DNA of 64,000 nt, taken from IMG/VR virus record IMGVR_UViG_3300042301_004035; one strand, given 5' to 3'. The notes under the pieces are model-generated. The model did not search any database. It saw only the letters and a program-made list of their open reading frames with translations, and was not told where the DNA came from. Positions 9,603 to 21,500 of the stretch are shown here, piece by piece. The translations under genes and the position numbers were made by a program. The stretch's first letter is position 1; the number at the start of each line of letters is the position of its first letter. This stretch comes from a virus (taxonomy: Duplodnaviria > Caudoviricetes).

Positions 9603-10853
9603 TTAGTCTAGCCAAATAGAATACTCTGAAGTTACTCCATTTTCTGGGTGCACAAACATTAAATGCTGACAAGGTCTGCTCATAGACGAGAAGTATTCTT
9701 GGGCATAAGTGTTATAGCTTTCTGGAGAACCAGAGATTCTTAACATGGAACTTCCTATCGTCATCTTAAATTGCTGATGATAATGGCCCATGAAAACATC
9801 ATCAAAATGTTCAGGAATTGCTCCATCTTTCCATCCCATTATTTTTTTATAGTAACCATGGAAAGCGTTTGGTGCAGGCATTTGATCGCCATGAATTAAT
9901 AAGCTGCTGTAGTTGCCGATTGTGTCAACGGCATACCAGTTTCTTTCTCCTACGCCATCTGGAATATTAAAGGTTACTCTTTCGTCGTCTCCAACAATCA
10001 ACTCTATAATCTTATAGAGCATTCTATCCATGTTGGTTTCTGGATCGTGCTGCTTGCGTGCTCTTCCGCCTACTGCTCCATGGTTTCCTATCACGCCAGT
10101 AATGTGCACATGATTGAAGTTTTCCAATGCAGTCTTAACAAAGTTCCCAAGTATTCTTGGACCATTAACGGCAACTTGTCTGTACAGACCAGAGTCTATA
10201 AGGTGGCTTTGCCCAGGGAAAATCTCTTCACCTTCGACTATATCGCCCAACAACCAGATATGAAGATCATTTACTTCATGATCCATTCTTTGAATCTCTG
10301 TTATTTCTAACAGCTTTTCTGTGTATCTTTCTATTCTTTCTTCTAATACATTAGTATTATAATCAGGTGTTACCTTACCCATTTGCCAGTCTGCAAAGAC
10401 TACTACTGCAGTTTCTGGAACTTTTTCTTTATTCTTTTTTAAAGAAGGAGCTTTAATTTCTGGGAACTCAAAGCCGGCAAAGGCATCGTAGGCTGCGGCA
10501 TAGGCTGCTCTTACAACCTCGTCTTGTACGTTTTTAAGAGTCTCTACTCTCTTAGCCAATCTTCTATTTTCTGATCTTAGGAAGTCATTTCTTGAATCAG
10601 ATATTTCTGACAAAAGATCTTCTGACTCTTCCTCTTCTTCTTCGTCTATTATTTCTACAGCGGCTGACTGTACGTACATTAAATCTTTTTCATTAATATA
10701 ATCAATAACTTCTTCTTGCGAGATTTCTTCTACAGAAGAAGACTCCCCCAAGACGTCGCCATGGCCTTCGCCAGTAAAAACCACATTTTTAGCTTGAGCT
10801 ATATTTGGGGCGCGAACTATATGCTTGTTTGTAACAACAAAAGTCTTTTTCAT
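9603..10853 (-). CDS. Calcineurin-like metallophosphoesterase (nuclease/phosphodiesterase family)
   Basis: All five motifs in order: FADWQMG, LGDIVEG, IGNHG, LIHGD, MGHYH. N-terminal acidic linker and coiled-coil-like segment. Confidence 0.85.
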   Translation of the reverse strand: MKKTFVVTNKHIVRAPNIAQAKNVVFTGEGHGDVLGESSSVEEISQEEVIDYINEKDLMYVQSAAVEIIDEEEEEESEDLLSEISDSRNDFLRSENRRLAKRVETLKNVQDEVVRAAYAAAYDAFAGFEFPEIKAPSLKKNKEKVPETAVVVFADWQMGKVTPDYNTNVLEERIERYTEKLLEITEIQRMDHEVNDLHIWLLGDIVEGEEIFPGQSHLIDSGLYRQVAVNGPRILGNFVKTALENFNHVHITGVIGNHGAVGGRARKQHDPETNMDRMLYKIIELIVGDDERVTFNIPDGVGERNWYAVDTIGNYSSLLIHGDQMPAPNAFHGYYKKIMGWKDGAIPEHFDDVFMGHYHQQFKMTIGSSMLRISGSPESYNTYAQEYFSSMSRPCQHLMFVHPENGVTSEYSIWLD

Positions 10854-10871
10854 ACCTAACCTATTCTAGGG

Positions 10872-12038
10872 TTAATAATTGTTAATGCCCATTATAACAG
10901 AATTAATAGAAACACTTCCAGCTACAGGGTATATTTTATCGCTAGATGGGGTAAAATCTTTTAGCGGTATTTCTTTTCCATCTGCATTAAACGAGTTTAT
11001 CGTTACAGACCTTATGTAATCTGAAGACAACTTAATTTGTCTTTCTATTTCAGATATAGATATAGTGGTTCCAACCGTAGATGAATTCAAGTATCTTCTC
11101 ACAAATAACGCAGCTTGGTTTCTGATGCCGGCAGCAAGGCTTTCTGAAGCAGTTGATGAAACCATTATTGTAGCCATAACGTTTACAGAAATCTTCTCTG
11201 CCACTCTAACGTTAAACCTAACGCCAACTGGCTTAACGTTAATTATTGTGTTATAAACCATTTCTGGCATCATCTTTATTTCTGCTGTTGATTCAGGGAC
11301 AATAATAACATCGCAAGAACCCAGGCCATACGAAGACTCTCTCAGCCTAACATCCTTGACACCCTTTATGGATAGGGCTGCAAAACGCACTGCCTCAACC
11401 GTACCAGCCGTACGGGTCTTTAATGCGCCTATTATTCTTGTTCTATAGTTGTCGTCAGATTCTGAGTTAATAATGGCATAAACTTCTTTTGGGTTATTGC
11501 AATATACCACAACGCCAGGAGGGCTAATAAAATTATGTCTAGTCAAAGAACCTACTGGAGCAGTATATGTATTATCTGTGAAATCTGGTATAACTAAACC
11601 ATAGGCCCTTGTTGTGCTCGCCCCTATGCTCACAGCACCATTGAGTTTAAACCTATACTGCTTTGTGCTAAAATTATCTACGTTAGTGTATATGATCGTT
11701 CCCTTAGGGATCACAATATCTACGCTATACGGAGTCTGTATATAGAACTCTATATTATAAGACTGTCTTTCCGCCGCGGCATTGTCTGAAATGTCTTTTC
11801 TTCTAATATTATATAGGTCGCCAATGAGATCTAAGTTACGGCCAGAAGCAGTAGACAAACCCCCTTGTCTAAGGGTAAAAGAAAGCGAAGAATAAAGATC
11901 TGCTATTTCAGAACCCATGGCTTCAGCGAATGCTCTGGCTACCGAACCAGGTTGTACAGCAGCAATACCGGCATTTTGTTGTAATGAATCTAAAATAGAA
12001 TTAACTATTTGTGATTTATCTTTTGTACCGTATATCAT
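10872..12038 (-). CDS. Baseplate J-like wedge protein
   Basis: 388 aa with GSVARAFAEA, ATGxNLDxIG-like SGRNLDLIGDLYNIRR, ESDDNYRTRI and GTVEAVRFAALSIKGVKDV, typical of J-family proteins; follows the gp25-like gene. Confidence 0.85.
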   Translation of the reverse strand: MIYGTKDKSQIVNSILDSLQQNAGIAAVQPGSVARAFAEAMGSEIADLYSSLSFTLRQGGLSTASGRNLDLIGDLYNIRRKDISDNAAAERQSYNIEFYIQTPYSVDIVIPKGTIIYTNVDNFSTKQYRFKLNGAVSIGASTTRAYGLVIPDFTDNTYTAPVGSLTRHNFISPPGVVVYCNNPKEVYAIINSESDDNYRTRIIGALKTRTAGTVEAVRFAALSIKGVKDVRLRESSYGLGSCDVIIVPESTAEIKMMPEMVYNTIINVKPVGVRFNVRVAEKISVNVMATIMVSSTASESLAAGIRNQAALFVRRYLNSSTVGTTISISEIERQIKLSSDYIRSVTINSFNADGKEIPLKDFTPSSDKIYPVAGSVSINSVIMGINNY

Positions 12039-12045
12039 TTTATCC

Positions 12046-12420
12046 TCACAAATTTTGTGTTACAGACAACACAATTGGTTCATTGCTATCAGTGGTTATG
12101 TGCACATCAAATCTAATTGAGTCTGCACTGGTGGGGACAGAAGTTATTTCTATATTCCTACCTTGAAAAATATTTTCTTTTTCAAGCGCTGCCCTAATTA
12201 ATCTTTGTCCTAAATCTCCGGTTTCTTTACTCTGTGGCATCCCGTAAAGAATAGAAAGGTCAGTGCCCAAATTTGGATATGTAAAAAAGTCACCAGGCTC
12301 TGTCATCAATCTAATATAAATTTGTTGGACATCATTTTGAGCTCCAGAATTAACTAATGATAAATCTTTATTGCCATTAATTAATAAATCACCAGACATC
12401 GTTAAAAATAAATCAGACAT
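12046..12420 (-). CDS. Baseplate gp25/GpW-like sheath-initiation protein (124 aa)
   Basis: Likely start ATG 12420 (MSDLFLTMSGDL), overlapping the upstream stop. Contains QQIYIRLMTEPGDFFTYPNLGTDL, typical of gp25-like proteins; lies just before J. Confidence 0.8.
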   Translation of the reverse strand: MSDLFLTMSGDLLINGNKDLSLVNSGAQNDVQQIYIRLMTEPGDFFTYPNLGTDLSILYGMPQSKETGDLGQRLIRAALEKENIFQGRNIEITSVPTSADSIRFDVHITTDSNEPIVLSVTQNL

Positions 12421-13057
12421 TTTTATCTTTATCAGCCTTTTCTTTAGCCTGTTGATTTGAATAACCATTCTTCATTAGTTCTACTACGTACTCTACATAT
12501 TCAGTAGAATGATCTTTTAGAATATTGTCCAAGAAAACAATCTGGTCAGGGTTTAAACCTTCCATTGAAAATGCGGAGGTATACTTCTGCCCAGTTTCAG
12601 GTTGTTGTTGACTAAAACCGTACTCTTCGTTAATAGTAATAGGCTTTTGAGCTTCTTTCTGATCTATATCTTTAAGTTTAGCGAGGTAATGATACGCGCT
12701 ATTCTGTGCCATATGTATACTTTTAGGGTCTACCTTTACTAGAGTTGGCTGGGAGTAGTCAGATGCTGAATAATTAAAGTTAAACTCATTCCACCTCAAG
12801 CCGTCTTCAGCGCAGAAAAATCTTACCTTCTCCGCGAAGAAGGATATCGTTCTGCTGGATGCGCTTATAACTATGCCAACCCCTGGAGCAGCAAATATCT
12901 CTACATCTCCTTCATCATTCAATCTTAAGAATGAATTTGTGTCAGGGTGGTTTAGCCCAACTTCTCTTTGAGAAAACTGGTTTCTTCTACTAAGTTCAGC
13001 CCCTACAGGGAAATTTGCATTTGGTTGACTTGCATTTTGTTTTGCTGTGTTGTCCAT
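12413..13057 (-). CDS. Baseplate spike-associated protein (short beta-strand repeats)
   Basis: HPDTNSFLRLNDEGDVEIFAAPGVGIVISASSRTI resembles gp5/GpV beta-helix strands; located between the OB-fold spike gene and gp25. Confidence 0.5.
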   Translation of the reverse strand: MDNTAKQNASQPNANFPVGAELSRRNQFSQREVGLNHPDTNSFLRLNDEGDVEIFAAPGVGIVISASSRTISFFAEKVRFFCAEDGLRWNEFNFNYSASDYSQPTLVKVDPKSIHMAQNSAYHYLAKLKDIDQKEAQKPITINEEYGFSQQQPETGQKYTSAFSMEGLNPDQIVFLDNILKDHSTEYVEYVVELMKNGYSNQQAKEKADKDKNV

Positions 13058-13058
13058 C

Positions 13059-13427
13059 TTATCTTGCCATAAACTTTGGTATTCCAGTATTAACCGTATA
13101 ATTACTAGAGTAGTTAGACCCTAAATTGCTTTCTTCAAAATAGCTTATAACATAAGCCTTGTTCTCATTGTCGTCCCTAAAGCCTACTAAACAACGTGTT
13201 CCTGGTTCTGGTGCAACATTTTGAACACCCATTATAGCAGGGCAGGGGACTGAACTTATAATGTTTCCAACCTGGCCAGAATACGCATCGTCCAATATGA
13301 TTGTCGCCAGATTGCTTTTTTTATCAAATTGCATGATGACACCAGGCCTTGTCTTGGCTTGACGCATTCTTGATAGGTCAATTTGATTTTGTATTTTATT
13401 GTCAAATTTTGGATAATTAATTGCCAT
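13059..13427 (-). CDS. GpV/gp5 N-terminal OB-fold-like baseplate protein
   Basis: RPGVIMQFDKKSNLATIILDD...VPCPAIMGVQNVAPEPGTRCLVGF fits the G-x-V/P-x-x-G-x-x-V-x-V-x-F pattern of spike OB folds; baseplate context. Confidence 0.6.
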   Translation of the reverse strand: MAINYPKFDNKIQNQIDLSRMRQAKTRPGVIMQFDKKSNLATIILDDAYSGQVGNIISSVPCPAIMGVQNVAPEPGTRCLVGFRDDNENKAYVISYFEESNLGSNYSSNYTVNTGIPKFMAR

Positions 13428-13436
13428 AAAAATTCC

Positions 13437-15596
13437 TCACTTTAACCATTTGTCAGAAGACGTTGCGTCTCGCGTTGGAGTGAATACTCCATTTTTCCAA
13501 TTACCGTACTGCTCGCCCAAATAAACCTCTTCGTTTACCCAAGCTTCTATTTTAGTTTTATCAGAATGCTCTTCGTCATCAAAATTATACCAGGCTGTGG
13601 AATCTTTTGGCACTGTTTTTAAAATCCAAGCTTTTAAGGTTTCAACATCTCCGCCAGCTTTTATGTAAACAATTTTAGCCTTCTGGAAATCAACACTTGT
13701 CATCCAACTGTTTCTTAAGAAAGATTCACCCCAAGCAAAGAACACACAGGTGAATCTTGTATTGCCGGAGGTGACTTCTTTTGCATAATTCCTTTGGTTT
13801 ATTTTAGACCTTAACATTCTAACCTGGTTTACTGGTATCCATAATTGATCTGATGCACCGGCATAGAACTCTGCGCTTCTTTCTGATCTAGACCTAGAAT
13901 TTATTAATGCTTGTATTTCATCACCGGTTAAATTTGTTGATTCATATTTATCTGCCAAAGCCAACTGCCACATTTTAACTGTAGATTCAAATGGTAGCTG
14001 TAGATCTATCACTAAATCTCTGCTCCATGATTCCTTAGTGCCTATTTGGAAAAGACCAACAAAAGAATCGCTGTTAACCACCCTTGGCCTCCAGCTTGAT
14101 TCTCTAAATGCTATCGCTGTAAAAACAGCTGCCATTTCTGGAGAAAAGTTTCCGTATTCTTTTAGAACAGTAAAAACTTCTAAGTCTGTCATTTTACTTT
14201 GATCAGTATAAACCTTGGTTAAAGCTGAGGTGTTTACTACCACTGGTGCACTATCGGGCCTTGTTGAAGAAGATGACCCAGCCGATGCGTTAGAATCGGC
14301 TTTACTGTAAACCGAAGATAGTGCGCCATTCTCACCAACATATATTCCACCTCTTTGTGGAGAAAAACTCATGTGTATATGATCTGCATGGGCGTTGGAA
14401 TCAAGTATTATTTTTACAAATTTTAAATTTGGATATCTTTGAGATAATTTACTTACAGTTCCATTTGTTTTCCCATTAGCATAATCTTGACCAACCCAAC
14501 TGTTTACCATTATAAAATCCGGAAGTATGTGCTGCGGGGCAGTACTCAACTTAAGTAGTAAGTTTTCAAAATGGACCTTATAGGCTTCAACTCCAGAAGC
14601 TAACGGCCTGACTGTTTGACCAGATGTTGTTATAGAACTGAAATCAAAAGCTCTACCAAATGCGTGATCGGTTATACTGTTTCCTGAAACTAATTCAGTT
14701 AAATTTGCTCCCTGATCAGATGAACCTGAAGCCCTAAATGCTCCAAACCCACCGATTATTTTCAAAGATTCTCCACCAGTATCGCTTGCTAAATACAACA
14801 AACATTCGGTTAAAGCTGCTGAAATAAAAGCTTTTTGAGGTTTTGCTTTTATTATATCTTCTGGTACTGTTTGAATCTTGCCAGATCCTTCTATGCCAGG
14901 AAATATTGTTGTTGAATTATAAGTTATGCCAATAAGACTATCTGTTATATCAAATTGAAAACCCTGAGTTAATACTCCGGAATCATTTATGCTAGCTGAA
15001 GATTTTAATATACTTCCTCTTGAAATATAATATTTGATTTCTTGTTCTGTTAAGTTTGATGCTAGTGCTATAGGCATATAGCCTGAGCTAACCGCTTCTG
15101 TTGTTGGTGGTCCGTTTTCTCCAGAATGACCACCCTCAGAATCATTTTGCCTGTACTTGCTTTCTAGCAAATTTTGGAAATCTGGGATAATACCTGCATT
15201 GTAACTTCTGCCTAAACTACTTGAAGCGATTATACTCAGTGCTGCTTCTGATCCCTTTTTCATAATTGGGTTTCCATCAGCGTCAACTTGATTTGCAGAT
15301 GGTATCTGTAAGTCAGAATATTCAGAACCTAATATGGAACTACTTAAACTTGAAAGACTTTCTCTAGTCATATTTAATCTATACATATTTGCATAGACTC
15401 CGCTGGCCAAAAGGTCTTTGCCGCTTGCCGCTGAAACTAAATCAGTTGAACTTAAAGTTTGACCAGAATAACCTCTTTGGGCTGTAGTTGTTCCTATTAT
15501 GTTTTTGCCATTTTTGGGGACTATGTTATCAGCTATTGCATTGGCAAAAGTTTCTGAATTTTGCAAACTGTCAATAGATATATCAAAATAAGACAT
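13437..15596 (-). CDS. Tail-associated cell-wall hydrolase: M15/LAS-type Zn peptidase plus lytic transglycosylase (SLT-like) domain
   Basis: DHAFGRAFD...HADHIH (H-x6-D and HxH zinc ligands), then AIAFRESSWRPRVVNSDSFVGLFQI (catalytic ES and GLxQ motifs). Confidence 0.75.
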   Translation of the reverse strand: MSYFDISIDSLQNSETFANAIADNIVPKNGKNIIGTTTAQRGYSGQTLSSTDLVSAASGKDLLASGVYANMYRLNMTRESLSSLSSSILGSEYSDLQIPSANQVDADGNPIMKKGSEAALSIIASSSLGRSYNAGIIPDFQNLLESKYRQNDSEGGHSGENGPPTTEAVSSGYMPIALASNLTEQEIKYYISRGSILKSSASINDSGVLTQGFQFDITDSLIGITYNSTTIFPGIEGSGKIQTVPEDIIKAKPQKAFISAALTECLLYLASDTGGESLKIIGGFGAFRASGSSDQGANLTELVSGNSITDHAFGRAFDFSSITTSGQTVRPLASGVEAYKVHFENLLLKLSTAPQHILPDFIMVNSWVGQDYANGKTNGTVSKLSQRYPNLKFVKIILDSNAHADHIHMSFSPQRGGIYVGENGALSSVYSKADSNASAGSSSSTRPDSAPVVVNTSALTKVYTDQSKMTDLEVFTVLKEYGNFSPEMAAVFTAIAFRESSWRPRVVNSDSFVGLFQIGTKESWSRDLVIDLQLPFESTVKMWQLALADKYESTNLTGDEIQALINSRSRSERSAEFYAGASDQLWIPVNQVRMLRSKINQRNYAKEVTSGNTRFTCVFFAWGESFLRNSWMTSVDFQKAKIVYIKAGGDVETLKAWILKTVPKDSTAWYNFDDEEHSDKTKIEAWVNEEVYLGEQYGNWKNGVFTPTRDATSSDKWLK

Positions 15597-15597
15597 T

Positions 15598-18500
15598 TTA
15601 TTTACCCTTTGTTATCATTTGTTCAGAACTAGTTATAACTGATTCGGACTCAGTTAATAAATCTTTTGTATAAACTGTTGTTCCGTAATTTCTGGTAATT
15701 AATTCCCAGTTAAGAGTTACTGGAGTTCCATCTTCATAGTACTCATCCCATAGCATAATTGGCCATTTTGACGCATTGCCATAAAGTTCATACAGCTTAA
15801 GAACTTCTATCAAAGCATAGAATGTTCTCACTCTTTCTTCGCCCCTTGGCTCACCCTCAGATAACATTTCTGTATAATCATTATTGTTCCAGTCGAATCT
15901 ATTGTTCAATTCATATGCAGTGCTAAATATGTATGGGAAATTAATATAGAATGGTTCTTTTGAATCAAAAAATTCATCTTTAAATTTAGCCCTAATTAGG
16001 TCAGAGTTAAAGTCGTAATTTTTCATAAAAGTAAATACAGTATTTTTGTATTTCTCCATAGCTCCAGATGGCACGCTGTAGAAGACTGTTCCCAGAGTTC
16101 TTTGGTATCTTTCTTTCAAGAACTTAATTCTATTGTCATTACCATTTGGTTCAAAATCGTTTTCATTTTCAAATTTATTTGGAGCAGTTCTTGACTGTTT
16201 AATCCTGACAACAAATGTTTTATTCTCCAAGACAGTTTTTACAAATTCTGTTGCGACCATTCCCGGACTACCAAAGTCTTGAATTACTAAATCATTTTCA
16301 ATAGGTTCAGAACTATATTTTATTTGTTTTTCGTTATTCAAATCAAATATTAACTTGTTGTCTATTGGAGTTATAGTATTTTGTAAATTGCTATCATAAT
16401 AATTTTGTACTGGGCCATATAAATCTATCGATGATTGATTTGGATTTAACTCATATGTTACGTAATTAACTATGTTTGAATTGAAATTTGGATCAACTAC
16501 AACAGACGATAAGACATTAAATGTTCCATCGAATGGATAGCCTAAATTCCTTACTGTTATATTATCCCCAGAAGCAACTTGATTATTAATCATTCTAGCT
16601 GGAATTAAATTATTTTCTATTGGCTTAGGAACAGGATATCCGAAAGAATCTTTTATTATTTCATCCTCGGAATCGTAATCGTAGCCACCAGTAACTAATG
16701 TAGCGTAATATTTGCCGTTTATTAATCTTATATTTTTTCCTATTACATAACCATTCTTAGAGGTTTCTGTGAATCCTACTTGGACTTTTTCGGAAACGTT
16801 TATTCCATCTAAACGAAGTGTAAATTTAACATTAGGATTCAATACATCTTTAACATGTATTGTGTCGCCGTCAGTTACACCCGAACCACCCAATCCAGTT
16901 CCCTTATCTAAGGTGCACAAAACCTTAAAGAATGGTTCAAAACCAGTTTTATCTGGACCAAGACCAGCTAAGCCCAGGACTTGTGCGTGGACTAGTGCAT
17001 TTTCATAGCTAGCGTATCTAACAAAATTTGCTGTTTCTCTTTCACTCCAACCAAGACTCTTCATCAAATCGTTGGTTCTAATATATTCGTAACCATCTGC
17101 TGAACGAGTTTTTGTTCTTACACCAAGTATTCCTGGCAGTAAGCTTATAGAGTGATACCTTCCCACGACCATGCCCTGGTTATAAGAAAGGCCAGCTTCC
17201 ATTGGTTGGCCGTTTCTTGTTAGATACTGTACGTAGCATCCGTGCTGATCTAACAAATTGTTTCTAACCCACTTCCAAGCCTTCCAGGCTAAAGGACCCA
17301 ACAACATGCCAGCTGTAGCTATGATAGGGGCTGCACCAACTCCAGCAATTGTTCCAGCCGACACTGCTGCTGCGCCAGCTGCAACGCCATAACCAGCTGA
17401 ACCGACAGCTACTGCCAAGCCAGCTGTTCCAGATATTACTCCAGCAATAGCTGCACCATCTACTTGACCATTGTTTCCATTCTTAGCGGCTTGTGCTTTT
17501 ATTGATTCTGATAAACCAGAATTTGTAAAACCAGAAGCAGTAACATTCGCCACAACGTCTTTTATCAAAGCTGAAGATCCACCAGTAAATTGCATGCCGC
17601 CTATTAATTGTGGAGTTAACGAATTGCCTAGAGCGTCTAAAGATATTTCTCCGCCCATAGTTATACCAGTATTGCCAGCTCTTAATGAATCTAGATATAT
17701 TCTAGTATCATTTCTTACTGTTTGGACATTCATCCAAGAATGCAACCAGGAAGTCATAAACCATCTTGCTGGGTCATTAACAGTTACTAGGGCGTTTGGG
17801 GTTATCGAAGTTACGAAACCAAGCTCTGAAGTAAAGTGATGTACGACTTGTTCTACTTCAAACATACCGTACATTCTTTCATATATATCAGCAAGGTAAA
17901 CTAAGTCATGAGGCCTTATGTCTGCGTTACCTAATATAATTATTTCTCCGCTGTATATATCTTTTACGGATTCTCTTAGGTGACTGAGCGCAACTCTTTT
18001 CGCACTTAACTCATCTGGTGCTCCAGTTACGTTTTTAGATATTCCTCTTCCAGTTTCAAAAGGATGTAGCAACGGGTGTAAGAACCCAAAAAATCCACTG
18101 CCGACTACGTTGTCAAAGTAGATACCAGTCTCTACAGTATTCTCAACTTGCCTATCAGCTGGCGCACCCTTATCTAAAGATACAGTTACTGGGTACTTGC
18201 CATCGGATACCGCTGTTATTGTCGTGGCAACTCCAGAATTTTCTTGGATTTGATTTGATAATATATGAGAGAAAGAACTTAGGTAATGTATTCTTTGGAA
18301 TGGCTCTCTAATTTCTACTACCGGTTCTGCGTATTCTCTTGTAAACGGATTATCTACAGCCCTTAACAAAGAACCTGGTCTTCCCAACTGATAATATATA
18401 GAATCGTTTAAAGCTTTATTCAGAATATTTGCCTGTCTTGCAAGCACTGTACTCTGAGAAAGCCCATAGCCAGTTTGAAGCATGTTGAGTCTGAACACGT

Positions 18501-21500
18501 TGAACAACGCAGATAAGCTGTCGGTGACAGCATTAAATATCTGACCAATACTCTTATCATAAAAATCGCCTAAACTACTTAGAGTTCTACTGGCTAAGTT
18601 AGTTGTACTATTTCCCTCACTCTTGTTCTTAAAAAGAAGTTGAAGGAATTTAGTTTTATCTTTAGCGTACGTGTTCCCTGGGAAAATAAAAGCTTGGAAT
18701 ATTTTATCAACAGGTTTGAATGACCAGGTTTCATCTGTAGGAGAATTGCCATAATTTATTCTTCTATCTGGCTTAAGAACCAACCAAGCTCTTGCGTAGG
18801 CGTCGTTCCACATAGCCTGTCTGAATAGACCAACAAGATAATAGAATAAATCTTGAGGGTTTCTTATTAGAGAACCTAGGTCTGCTTCAGTTAACGTTTC
18901 GCCATATATATTGCCCATTTGGACTGGATCAAATAAGTTTGATTTTAAAAGTGCTATTTTTTCTATGCTAAGTGCATTAAAATATTCTATTAAACCACCA
19001 TCAGCTATAGGTGCATCTATGAAATTTTTTCTTGCAAACTCTATTGCATCTGCCTGTGATGAAGTCGGCTTATCTCCAAACAATAAACTAAATTCATCTA
19101 AAGCGCTATTGCCCGTAACATTAAATTTATTATAGGTTCCAAAATCATCTGGCAGTTGCTTGCCACTAAAAATCTTTTGTATTTCGCCAGTGAATGGAGT
19201 CGTATCATCCCAATTCATTAAATATGTTTCTTCAAAAATGATTTTAACTGATTCGTATGTATGATAACCATAGCGAAACTGGTCCCATATTTGCTGAGCT
19301 TGAGCTAAAGTTCTTCCGTTTCCAGCTATAACTGTTGTATTCAAATCATAATCTTCATCGTAGAATTTTCTTGACTCAATTGAAGTACTATCTTGAAGAG
19401 AATAAACTGATGGGAACTCTATTCTCCCAGAAGAGCTATAATCTTTATCTGATTTTTCGCTTTTAAGAATATTCATTCCATACAGTAAATCATTTAAATT
19501 TCCTCTACTTGCATCATCAACTGGTTTTCTTATCAGATCATAATAGCTTTTAAAATTTCCACCGCGTGCATAATTAGCGTCACCTGTATCGGCTGCATTT
19601 TCTGGAACATACTGTCTAATTGCTTCTAGGTTTGGGTTTTTTAAGATAGCGTACAAGTCTCCACCATCTGTCCCCGCTGTCCAAGGACCAAACCCAATTA
19701 CAACTGAATCTTCTGTAGGAGCCTCAGTTGCACCAGGATTAAATGGTTCAAGCGCAGGTCCATTATTAGTAGATTTTTTAATTTTGAAATTTTTAATTGG
19801 CACTACAGAACTAAAGGCTACACCAAGTGGAACTGTATTTGGAACAAATGCAAAATAACATTCTTCTATATCCGGTACCGGTGCGTATCCCTTATCTTCA
19901 TATCTCCATGCGTCTTTGCCTGGTTCGTCTCTTTTAACAGAAAGTTTATTAACAGTTAAAACGTCCAAGTAATAAGCTGCGTCTGGAGAAACTACGGCAT
20001 CTATTTCTGTTTGCTCTAGATTAATTGCATCGCTTCCATTAGCATTTGCGAGTTTAATATCTACTGTTTCATTTTTGCCCCAAAGAAAGTAGGCTGGCTT
20101 ACAAACTACGGCTGCACCTTGTCCATTATTAGCGGAAGGATTATACACAAGTACGTGCATATTCTGATAGTCTTTAGCTTCACCATACAAAGATGCGCTG
20201 TCATTATCAAAATACCATTTTTTAAATTTCTTAACTAAATTTTCATCTGACACTGCAACGTTGTAAGGCCATCTCATGGCTATATAAAATTGCTCTTCTA
20301 GATTTGTTTTTGGTGGTTGCCACTCGCTATAGGAGAACGGCCTACTTCCATTTAACTCTGGACTAAGTTCTAATATATCTGATGAATTTTGACTGTTTAA
20401 AGCTGGCTCAGGGAAAGGCATCGTTATTGATAGTGATTGTTGGTTTGCAATTGTTTCCGGGATAAAACCATTCAAAGAAAAATCAATAGGATTATTTAAT
20501 AACTCTACAATCTGAGAACCAGAAAGACCCTTTTCTGTTTGATAGTCTATGTCATATATTAAAAAATCTTTAAATTCTTGTCCATATATATTATCAACCC
20601 TATTCAGAATAAATGAATCACTACCAGAAGTATTCTGCCCAGTGTTTGTATTGCCTGCTCCGGTCTTAGCAATGTTGTACTGAAAAGCATAGGTATCTAG
20701 AGTTTTATCGTCATTGTTTCTTGCGGTAAAAAATGGATACCTGAATCTACTTGGAAGCTGTTGAATCTGCGCGTGTGAGGAACCAGTTAAATCAGTTACG
20801 ATCTCGACATTATTGCCCACAGGTAAGTGAAATCCTATTGTTACTTTTCCTTTTGATGTAGGAAGTTTTGCAATTATATTTCCTTTTGCGTCTGCTATTT
20901 CTTGAAAATCTTTATCATTAAAATTAATTAATATTCCTTGTTCCCTCAAATAGCCAGCCGCATTAAAAATTCCCTCTGCGTTTTTTTGTGATTCCGCAAG
21001 AGCGTTTAATGCTTCCAATGGTTCAGTACCCCTCAAGAAGGCTTCGGCATCTGCGTATGGATTTATGTTTTTGTTTATGTCCGTTATGATTGTCATCAAA
21101 TCAAAATCTGGATCATTTATTTGTGGGGGTATTATTCCTAGTTCAGCTGCTTTTTCGTCCCCAGGATACCCAGTTGTAATCGGCACTACACCGGAAGTAT
21201 AAAGCCAGTGCGGTTTGCCGTAGAAAACGGTTGATCTGTCTTCAAATGGTCTAACTGCAACTATATAATTTGGGAGTAATCTAGCGCATGTTTGGAATAG
21301 ATCCCAAACAGTTCTCATATATGTTTGAGCCCTAAAAGAAACTTCATCAAAACCAGGCATGTCGTCATCACTGTTTGCGCTAATTAAACCAAGTGTTCTG
21401 AAGATATTGTTTCCGCCTCTTCCACTTAAAACACCAAGAAGACCTACGCCAACACCAATGGTGGCAGTTACTGGCCCACCAGCTAAAGCCAATGTTCCGC

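Noticed and set aside
12420-12468. N-terminal extension of the gp25-like ORF given in the track
   Set aside because: It overlaps the upstream gene; ATG 12420 couples to the upstream stop and gives a typical gp25 length.
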